A stretch of 63,712 nt of DNA, the filler included, from Basidiobolus ranarum (lineage: Eukaryota): the NCBI GenBank assembly GCA_040143965.1. It is 12 parts of 12 records of this genome, joined end to end, with 100 filler letters (N's around TTAATTAATTAA, not from the genome) between each part and the next. Parts side by side here need not be neighbours in the genome. Positions count along the whole stretch, not along the records: positions 53,201 to 58,408 come from JASJQH010008544.1; positions 58,509 to 63,712 come from JASJQH010008545.1; 10 more parts are not named here. One strand, given 5' to 3'. The first letter of the stretch is position 1. Each line of letters opens with the position of its first letter. The notes under the pieces were generated by a model. That model was not told the DNA's origin, did no database searches, and saw only the letters and a program-made list of their open reading frames with translations. Positions 53,647 to 63,712 of this stretch are shown here, one piece after another. The position numbers and the translations under genes are program-made.

Positions 53647-56621
53647 GTGTATCAATCTCATATACTGCCTACATCTATTCTTATATAGAATCAACGTAAG
53701 TAAACAGTTATGGGTGGCACTATAAGAGATCTTATTGAATCCTATAATACTCTACACATCCACCACCACCTGGTATGGATTTCTATTCATGCTCCAATCC
53801 TCATACTTCATTCATTTCCATATATACTGCCAAACTCGTATTTCCGCAAGTTCAACCACTCTGTTTCATCTTCCATCACCTTGTTTATACAATCCCCGAA
53901 TAGTAACCGACTGTAATTCGCTGAAAGTCATTTCAATCAACATTTGTGTAATTGTGAACAGTCACCAGTTCATGCTGTGCACTGAGGATCAATTGTATAT
54001 GTTCACTCACCGTATACGCCATCAAGATGAGGACCTATTAATTCGAGAACATTACAGGGGAATAAGTAATTTGCCAGTTTGCGACATCATAGGAGTATGT
54101 CAGGTGTCTACCCATATATCTTTGACACTGCCTGATATCAATTGTTTGCTCAGTTTAAGACTGTAATACTAAAGTATGATTGTAGAGTCCAGGGGTAGGG
54201 ACATACAAACATAGGCATTGGGGTTTGGTATTACCTTCTTATCTTAGACGAACTATTGGCTTTCAATGGTGTGGAATATAAAGACATTCCCACAAACTGT
54301 TGATATGAACAGGTTATCGTTGATGCATCTCTACCAAGTCCAGTCATTTATCAGCGCACACACGAAGGTAGTCACTACTCTATCAAATGCAGGAACGAGT
54401 CTAATGCAACTAGCACTGAACATACATGATAAGTTTAACCGACCACATTGTAAAGTTATTCGCCTTGTTTCTAATACTGAAGTACAAGTCAGTGTTTATT
54501 CCCTTAAATAAACATATTGAGCAGGTATTATTTTGAAATATCGATTGTTATAGTATTGCCACAGAATGAGTACTTTTTAACAATCACTCATTGGAGGAGA
54601 AGAATAATGAACACATAGATTTCTAGGTGTAATATCATTATCGAACATCTGTCCAAGTATACTAATTACTGTCTAATGGATGTAAAGCGGGATAGCACTT
54701 GCTGAGGTATCGGTAACCTATTCCGTAGTAAATCGGGATATGTTCTACAATAACTTCAATACATGAATTTATTGTGAGTTAGCTGCTTTCAACACTATAT
54801 ATACTATGTTCTTAAACACTGACTCATAGGATATTGTAAAGGTAGAGAAGTTATGATTTATTTCTACCGAACCAAACCCTCTTTGCTTCCTGATATAACA
54901 TTATCTGGTTACTCTAATCCATAATCATAACTATATTGATTCTTTCATACGAGATTCAAATCACGTCGAATTGTCTCATCTCTGACTTATGCGGCTGAAC
55001 GTTACATCTGTACTAATTTAGTATGAAAAGCTAATATGTATGATCTACAATACTCTCAATATATTTATATATTAGTAATGTTTATACTATCATTAGAGAT
55101 GTGGATTGTAATTAGGGAAATCTACACAGGTTCAGCAAATTACTTTCTAACTGGCCGAGAAACTCGATTTATTGTAACATGAAGGTAGAACATATTTCGT
55201 GGCACTGGGTAAGAGCGCTAATGTTTATCTTTTTCCAACAGAAATGGTAAAGTGAAGGGGAAATAGAGCCAACACCATATAAGCAATCTCGGTAGTTGGT
55301 GCACAGTATGTGAACTAAAGACAGGTGAGTACTATTTAACTGCCGACTTTTCGTGTATTTACATTTTTATTGTGTCCATATCGGAATAATAATACGCAAG
55401 TAAATATAGTTTAGTCGAGCGCTTAGTTCGCAGTACTGCCATTAATGCCATTATGATATTGATTTATAGGTGGGCCTTGTATTGTTTCAACGATTTCAAA
55501 ATTTTGGTGGAACCAGTTACAATACGATCCACTAACAAGGTAAAAGTTGAAGGCTCTCTGCAACTGGCTATAATCCATCGATGTCATATACTCTCATGAA
55601 AGTCGATTACAATACGTGAAAGAATCAGATATATGAGCCATTGGATCCTCATTCAAGGAGCTGGTTATATTACGAACCATCGGCATTGAATAGTATAACT
55701 TCTACGGCTTAAGAATGTTGCACTAGATTTTTGCTTGAGACAACAAATCGGATGGGACACAATATATCGATTCCTCTTGGACTGCTGGTGTAGATTGACT
55801 ATTGTAATATAATTACTTTACATTATTCAGCCCTCCATTCAATAGAAACACTACTGATCCACAGCATATCCACAGTTTTACGGTTCTACTATTGGCAGAA
55901 TTCATATCAGTATATCCACACCAATGCAAGAAGATCCCAACATTTTGAGGAGCACAAACAGGCTGTGACAGTAACAGTGTTAAAGTAGCTCAACGACGAA
56001 ACTGGAAAGATTGGTGTATGAGGACGTTATAACTTTTCCAAAGAAGAAGATATTGAAAGTATCAAAATCATCTATCTAATACATAGAAGTGATAGGCGAT
56101 GTGATACAGAGATTCTTTTACTGTCTAGACTGTTGTCGAGTTCATAAACTTTTATTCATACTAGAGTCTTATCCCTATAGTACTGTACATATATGGGTTC
56201 TGTTCTCAATAAATACTGGTTAATTCCAGAAGTAACAGTAATGAGTAACCCTTGATTGACTTTTGTGAACAGTAAAAAAGGTTGAATATCGGTATCAGTC
56301 ATCGTTCATGTAATCTAAGTATGCATCTCTCTGTATGCCCATTACCAAACAATACCGTCATCACTTATCCCTTAATGCCCTAGCTCAAGATTTCACAACA
56401 TTATCCCGTGTGTTAGCAGGTGCTAAGTCCATGTTTCTTGTACGTCATCAACATATTGATTACTAGTATTAAAGCAGGTTATGTAATTACCGAGTTTTTG
56501 TAATCATTGGAGAGCAAGAGTTGTGTGATAAAAAGTAAGAAAATCAAGTTGATTTATTAGAAATGAGAAATAATTTCGTTAATGACCGTTTAAAAAATAG
56601 ACTAGAAAAATCGGGATGTTT

Positions 56622-57506
56622 TTAACAGTAGTCGATACTACGAAAAGGGTTTTCATATAAGCTCGGGGAAATTGTTTCCCAAGAGAAAGATGAAGTTGAA
56701 GACGAATACAGAGATAACGATATGTCTGGAGACGAGAAATCTGGGCAATTAGTGAAACTCACCCCATCTAGTATTAATGGTTCGCGTAGCATATTTCTGT
56801 TCGGATTTATTTCTTCTTGCATAAGAAACGTATAATCCAGAAAGTCGTGGTTTGGAACTGCCGTATGTTTTGACTCGCCGTTATATTGGTTTACGGGCTG
56901 TGATTTCATAGGTAGAGATGAGGAGAGTGCGGGTGAATTGGATGAAGAGCTGGATATTTTAGACTTCGTGGCTGTTTTTACTCGAAGCTTTGAAAGCTTC
57001 CCTCTTGGTTTCTTACACAAGCCAGACATGCATTGGATGAGATGAAACGAATCTAGTTTATCTCGCTTGACAAATTGGTATACAAAGGTTAGCGTAGATG
57101 CATTCTTGCCCTGCTTCTTTCTTCTCCGGTCAAGAGCTTGGTAGAAATCATGAACCTATTCAAAAGATTAAAGATTTATCTCAATAGTATGAAATTCAAA
57201 TATTACCACTTACACTTAATTGACGGGAGAATAAAGCACGTTTATTGGCCTTGTAGTGCCTAGGAAGTACTTTGGCGGTAAAGTTGACGAGGTTTTTGAT
57301 AATAGATCTAGTGCCAGACCGTTTCCAAGTTATCATGTCAGAGTAGTATTTTTCTGATAATATTCTAGAATATGAAGTATGTTAGCAAAAAAACATCATA
57401 GGAAAGTGTATGTGCATAGAGGAGAAAGAAACAATGTTTACTTGTAAAGATTCAGCATAAAAGAAGATGTGCGAGTACTAAGTTCCCCAGTATGCTCCTC
57501 CAACAT
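56622..57506 (-). CDS. Divergent HSF-type DNA-binding domain protein, copy 1, 2 introns
   Basis: SFMLNLYK/ILSEKYYSDMITWKRSGTRSIIKNLVNFTAKVLPRHYK..FSRQLS/VHDFY..FVKRD, then a Ser-rich tail (ORF 56622-57029). Confidence 0.8.
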
Positions 57507-58508
57507 TTTGATTAATCTCACATATGCTTTCCTCAACCAATATATATTTAAACTCAATTGAATGTCGACATTAATGAACGATGATAGGTCAATCCTAGCC
57601 TATTTCTAGAATAATTTTCACGTTCTCCGCTATGTCCACCGCTATAGGTTTCTATTCATACTACATTCCATGTACTCCTTTTTGTATACTAATTTGAAAC
57701 CGTGTGTATACAGATTTGATAGTAGAAATGAGTTTTTACATTCTGTGGAAAGTGTTCTTGATACGGATTCTATATTACCTGGCTTCGTATTAATTTGTAT
57801 TTTATGTATATAGTTATTGATATAAATAAAAAGGGGCAGTTCCGCTCAGAGACATCCGTTGAGGGTTGTGTGAGTTCAGGTTGGCGACTACCACGAAGTT
57901 CTGGCAAGCAATTGGATGTTGATGTATCATGTGCAAAGACTTAAGACTGGTTAACTCCCACTTATGAACACATGCTTCAAAGAACGCGTATGTTAGTAAG
58001 TTTTGCTACTAAGTTATATATGTCTGGGAGATATAAAAACCAGTTATTTCATATTTAGTTCACTCAGAGCAATAAAAAAATTCTTATTATTGAATTCATA
58101 AATAGCTCTATGCAGTACCCTGTAAATGTAAATTTTAAATCTATATTGAATTCCATTCGTTAACTGGTTTCTCAAACCATTCATCAAATACAGCCGAGTT
58201 ACATCTGCACCAATTTGGTATGGAAAGATGGTACATACGCTTTATAGTAGTACACATATATTTATTTATTAACAATTTTCAAAGATATGGACTGTGCTCA
58301 GTTAATCGCGCATCAAACATATCCAATACAAGAGGTAAGTATGAATGTATAGACAAAGTAATACCTGTATAAGTGGAATGCAACATAGCGTTCTTAAAAA
58401 GCAGAATTNNNNNNNNNNNNNNNNNNNNNNNNNNNNNNNNNNNNNNNNNNNNTTAATTAATTAANNNNNNNNNNNNNNNNNNNNNNNNNNNNNNNNNNNN
58501 NNNNNNNN

Positions 58509-58878
58509 CATATCCTTGGATAAATCACTACTAGTGCATCCTTGTTCAAGACCCTGCTGGCTGAGTTTACAGTTGTTTTTGATTGGATATACCCTTTTTA
58601 TCTGATCATTCTCAAAGGACGCTGAAGCCAGTATATTCTTTTGTCAGGCACCAGCATATTATTCAACAGAAAGCTGGACATTGCATTGTGGTTTATCAGT
58701 CCTTAGACATTTCTAGAGGCTTGATTCCCTTTCACAAAGACCCAAGAGGCAAGAGACAGATCTATATTACAGTACATTCCAGAGTAATTCAACCATGGTT
58801 ATCACACCCTTTGGACACCTCACAAAACCCTTAGGATATTGCAGTTACAGTTGCTGCTTACACCCTAAAACAACTACA
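58509..58878. repeat. Partial LTR of the same family as 2952-3997 (reverse orientation)
   Basis: Reverse-complement match to 2952-~3322; ends ACTACA. Confidence 0.9.
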
Positions 58879-60806
58879 ATGGTATGTAAGCCAAATATGA
58901 ACACCATTTACCTGGTTCAGTGATTGCCAATTGTGTGCAAACAGTACATGACTTCAGGTTTTTCAGATCACTGGTAAAAGCCAAACAACCATTTGGACAT
59001 GAAGGTAGCTAATTACTGAAGGATTATAAGTCATATGATTGACAAGTGTTTTCCACTTGTACCAGGTCTGAGGCAAGCAACAGTTGCCAATCAACTGGGG
59101 TCAAAGTGTAAGAAAACCAATAAACACCTCGTTGCTAAGATTGGATTGAATTCTCCACTCCTCAACAATCAAAGCTGCTTCCTTTACAGTAAATGTGCTG
59201 AGTGGACTAATGCTTGCCAATAACAAAGAGTCTGTTACAAAACCATACATGCTCCCAAATACTATAGCAGTCTAATCATCAATAAACATGTTTAATTATC
59301 TTTTTCCACCTAAAAACAAATTTTGTATAAGTCCATACTAATCTGAATAGATTAGATGCCATTTTTTGACAGATTTGATTAAACCGAGCTCTTGAATGGT
59401 TTTCTGGCTTGTTTTGCATATATATAACTCTCACAAATTTACAATTTGATTGGGGGGTTAATTCAAATTCCAGGATATAGGCAAACTTTGATCATATTGC
59501 TCAAATAAGCAAATACAATATGGCCAAATCTCTTATGCAATCATTGAATAGCTTCTCAATTGGAATAACATATATTGGCACATAAACCTCTTGAATTTTA
59601 TGAAAGTTTGTATAAGTTCTTATCCTTTTCTTCCCAAGTTAAATAATTCCCATTTTGGTTAGTGAAGGTGCATGCTGACTTTTCAAAAGTGAGTTTTTGC
59701 CCTTCTGAGATGGCCTTGCATACAAATATCAAATTCTTGGCAATATCTGACACATGTTATATGTTCTTAAAAGAATACACTTTCTCTTCAGAAGCTCCAT
59801 TCAAATTGACTTGAATTGTTTCCATTCCAGAAGCATCCATTATGTGGTCATCTTCCATGAAAACATTTCTGATTGGAATTTTTTCAGAATCCATAATTCA
59901 ATGTGTTTAGCTTGCAAATTGTTGGGAGGCTCTGCAATCAATATTTCATGTCTGATATTCCTTGTTAATAGTTGTAGTTAGAGCAAATATGAACTAGTGA
60001 TCTTTTATGTTGTAACCGCTTTTCCAGATTCAGTACATTTTTTTCTTTTGCAATTCTTTTAAAGCAATCTTTGCTTAAATGGCCAAATCTTTTACAATTA
60101 TCACAGAATGAGTTACTTTTTGCCTTAACATGCTTTTGACCTTTATAGGTGTGTTTTCCATGGCCTTTTAAAGCATTTTCTTCATTCTTTTGGCTGGATC
60201 CCAATTTGCATAAATCTTCATCCAAAAGTCTGCCATATACTTTATTAAAAGTCAAATATTTGGTTCTTGATTCAAGAGTCATTTCTAGGCACTAAAACTT
60301 GTGTGGTGGGCTATTCAGGACTTTAACTATGATATCTCAATCAGTAGTTGGTACTCCAATGCATTCCATTTCATCCACCAAAATAGTAACTCTATAAATT
60401 AATGATTTACTGACTTCTGCTGGCTTCATCTTTGAGGTAAAGAACTATTTTCTTAGAAACATCTTGTTGGCCTCAGAACTTCTTTGGTAGGTGTCTTCCA
60501 GGCTTTCCATACCCTCTTGGAAGTTGTAGCTCATGAACACTGAATTAGCAATTTGTCTTCAACGTTTAGACAAATTGTATTAAAGGTACTTTGTTCTTTT
60601 TTAACCTGGAGTAAAACTTTGATTTCAGGGAGTTTTGCATTATTTTCTTCTGGACAACATTGTCCAAAAGTGCTTAGTCTTGAGGCAGCATTTTATTTTA
60701 ATTTATAAACTTGATCAATGATTTCATCCAATTTTTTAGAAGAGGGATAATTCCATAGATTTGAGAATTAATCATTACAGAGAGTGCTAGCTTGGGGCTC
60801 ATAACC
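58879..60806 (-). mobile_element. Degenerate Ty1/Copia internal region (PBS, gag, Zn knuckle, protease/integrase remnants)
   Basis: PBS GGTTATGAGCCC at 60806-60795; CDNCKRFGHLSKDC; remnants of H(K)RFGH and IDDYSR-like integrase motifs. Confidence 0.85.
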
Positions 60807-61140
60807 TGTTAAAGTGTTTGGGAGCCTGTTTGAAGTGGTTTGGAGAATCAGAGAAACTGGTGGTTTTCAATAATTGATTTATTGAGTTGAAAGTTGACAT
60901 TGACAATTTTGTCAAGATGTAAACAAACTCACATGTTGAACGTGTTGAGGAAGGGCCCAGGAGAATGTGTGCAAAGTTTGGGGCTTCTAACACAAGTATG
61001 AAAAATCTATATATCTTAGAGCTTCTAAGTTGGTAAAAATATTCAATGTAAATTCCAATTGAGAATAATAGATAATATCTTAGTTAATTATAAGATCATT
61101 AATACTAAGCTATAAATGACAATAAAGGTGTTTAGGCAAT
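60807..61140 (-). repeat. 5' LTR (family A) of the Copia element
   Basis: Ends TTTAACA immediately before the PBS; five other copies in the window. Confidence 0.88.
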
Positions 61141-61147
61141 GTTAGTG

Positions 61148-61620
61148 TTAATGGTGTGTTGATCCATACATACTATGATACCATCTTGCCAAAAGTTTGT
61201 TAAATTTCTTGGTGACTCCATTGGTTCTTAGGTGATAGGCAGAGGTCTTCAAATGCTGGATATTTTGAAGTTCCAAATAGGCTCTAGGGGTATTTGCCAT
61301 AAAATTAGCTCCTCTGTCCAACAGAATCACAGCAGGGTACCCAAATTTCATTAAAATTTCATGATGTATGAAACTTGAAACTTCCACTTGACTGACAATT
61401 GGTACTGTTTTAGCAGCTGGCCACTGAGTGTTCCTTCAGTCTCTGGATATCCATATCCATAATGTGGCTAATGAATTAAGTCCAATTGATTGGGATAGGG
61501 GCAGTAAAGTATTGGTAGATCATCAAAGGCACCGTGGAGGGTTTCTGCTTGTAACACAAGTTTCTCTGCCACTTGACAAAAATATTTTTGTACTTCCTCC
61601 CTAATTGGTTCTGAGAATGT
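61148..61620 (-). mobile_element. Gypsy-type integrase fragment
   Basis: FGYPAVILLDRGANF..HLKTSAYHLRTNG..FNK. Confidence 0.8.
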
Positions 61621-61699
61621 TTGGTCCTCCAGAAATTGTTTTATTAATCTAGGTCAATCAAAATCTGCAATGACATTGATTTCCATAGCAAACCATAAC

Positions 61700-61920
61700 A
61701 CTTGAAGACTTGAACTTCAAGGAATTTGAACCCACTTTGATCAATGAAGACAAGCAAGGATGTATTGCCTTGATCAAGAAACCCGCCTTTCATTGTTGGA
61801 CTAAATAGATTGATATTCCCCATCATATTATTAGAGAGAAGCTTGGAGAAGATAGTACTTGTCTGGACCATTGTCAGACCAACAATATCTTTGCCAATAA
61901 TCTGACCAAAGTATTTGCAG
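61700..61920 (+). mobile_element. Copia RNase H fragment
   Basis: EDKQGCIALIKKPAFH..TK.IDIPHHIIRE..ANNLTK. Confidence 0.7.
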
Positions 61921-62280
61921 ATATCAATGGCTAGGCATATTATGATTAACTCACTAGAGTAATATTTAGGAAATAAAACATTTGCTTTGAATATGATTTC
62001 TGGAACTCTTTAATAACATGCTTACAACTAATCTTGGTTTATCAGTTTCAAAAGCTATTAGAGCATGCTCCTTTGCTCTCAAGATTTGCTCCAGCTTATT
62101 AGCCTTCTCATGATACTAAAGGATTTGAAACTTATATTTTCATTGAAGAGTCATATCTCATTATGCTTTTCCACATGATATCTGCTCCAACCTCTCCACT
62201 GTTTGACATGAAGCTGGTAGCTTGTTGCACAGTGCCAAATAAGTCTTGTTGAGAATATGTATCTAGTTCCTGATAAAGGC

Positions 62281-62620
62281 ATTCAGGGGATTTGGAAGTG
62301 TTTTGGACAAGATTTGTATTTGGGAATTAGACACTTAAGTTTTATTGTATTGAATATGTTCTTTTTATAGTTTACTATGAAATAGGACTATTGGACATGC
62401 TTAGATCCTAACAAGCATGCCTGTAAAGCATGGGCAAAAATTTCAGGTGATTTGGAGAAGATTTGAGACAATAGTGATAATTGGTAAAAGTGATCTAAGT
62501 GATATTTCTATCAATTAGAGCAACAAACATGTTTCCGAATGACAGATTTGAGTACTAAATCATCAGAATATGAGTAAACTAACTACTGAATAATGAGTTG
62601 CTAATTACCTAATTTCAACA
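62281..62620 (-). repeat. 3' LTR (family B) of a Copia element
   Basis: Purine-rich GAGTGGAAA then TGTTGAAATT on the minus strand, just after RNase H; homologous to 63590-63712. Confidence 0.8.
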
Positions 62621-62676
62621 TTTCCACTCAACTAATTTTTATGTATATCTCTTAAGCCTAACTTATAACTTAATAA

Positions 62677-63589
62677 TTAAAGTTGTGATTTAGCTAAAGG
62701 TTTGGTATAAATGTCAGCTAACATTTCTTCAATAGGACACAATACAAGTTCAATTATATCATTCTCTTTTGCTTTTCTAACAAAATGATGCCTAATAACC
62801 ATACGTTTTGTTCTAGCATGAAATGTTGGATTTTTAGCTAATGAAATACAACTTTGATTTTCTTCAAATATAGTAATAGCAAGTTTTTGCATATATCCCT
62901 GGTCTGTAAGTAACTTCCTTGATCACAAAGCTTCTTGTGTAGTAGCAGAGGCCACCATATACTCTGCTTCTATAGTGGAAAGTTCTATGGTTGGTTGCTT
63001 CTTACTATTCCAACTAAAGGCTCCATTACCATAGGGAAAGGTGTATCCAGTTGTTGATCTTCTATCATCAAGGTTTCTTCCCCTATCTGCATCACTGTGG
63101 CCTTCAAAATTTTGTGCATCAGGAGTGGTAGTATTTCAGATCAAGATCTACAGATCCTCTCATATATCTGAATATTTGTTTTATGGTAGTTTTGTGCTCA
63201 GATCCTGGATTTTTGAGATATTGGCTTACAGTTCTCACTGCCACAGCAATGTCTGGACATGTCCCAACCATTGTATACATTTAACTACACCCCATGGATC
63301 AATAAGGGAACTCCTGGCTGTGATTTGAGTCATATTGGGCCAAATCGGATAATATTTTGATTAATTTCATATTAGGATCCATTGGTGCTGATACAGGCTT
63401 GCTATTCTCCATGTTGAAGCTTTTTAGGATGTCTAGGATGTATCTAGACTAATTCAGCCTAATTCTGTGATTGGGTTTATCTCTCTCAATTTGGATTCCA
63501 AGGAAATAACTGAATTCACCCATATCAGTCATCTGAAATTGGTTTGATAAGCTGCTTGTCATCTGATTAAGTACTTTTATGATAATAAG
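62677..63589 (-). mobile_element. Degenerate Copia RT-RNase H
   Basis: FQMTDMGEFSYFLGIQI; STTGY; LSTIEAEYM; EENQSCISLAKNPTFHARTK..ADIYTKPL. Confidence 0.92.
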
Positions 63590-63712
63590 TGTTAAGGGGA
63601 TTTGGAAGTGTTTTGGACAAGATTTGGATTTGTGAATTAGACACTGAAGTTTTATTGAATTGAATATGTCCTATTTATAGTTTACTTTGAAGTAGGACTA
63701 TTGGGTGGGCTT
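63590..63712 (-). repeat. Family B LTR end abutting Copia RT
   Basis: TGTTAAGGGGATTTGGAAGTG..., near-identical to 62283-62402. Confidence 0.85.

Overview
This window is not one locus. It is 12 unrelated ~5.2 kb contigs in descending length order, joined by identical artificial 100-bp spacers (N44-TTAATTAATTAA-N44). Contigs: 1-5234, 5335-10567, 10668-15896, 15997-21216, 21317-26536, 26637-31851, 31952-37164, 37265-42477, 42578-47789, 47890-53100, 53201-58408, 58509-63712. The DNA is AT-rich fungal nuclear sequence with short GT-AG introns and a chitin synthase; an early-diverging fungus (Basidiobolus/Mortierella-like) is inferred, not proven. Genes: an ABCA transporter, a divergent Prp43-like DEAH helicase, Cia1, a class V/VII-type chitin synthase, a C2H2 transcription factor, two divergent HSF-domain paralogues, a decaying UNC93-like MFS cluster and small secreted proteins. 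CpG-depleted Gypsy, Copia and CACTA relics fill contigs 1, 5 and 12. Most notable: (i) an 8-copy CsbD/Hmp1-like array in strictly alternating orientation, built from head-to-head gene pairs with a conserved promoter motif, including a head-on fusion that could make hairpin RNA; (ii) an intronless bacterial-type NRPS A(sub)-T-TE remnant; (iii) a Gypsy element with an apparent Tf1-type self-priming PBS; (iv) an organellar-type tRNA fragment forming the 3' end of a Pro/Thr-repeat gene.
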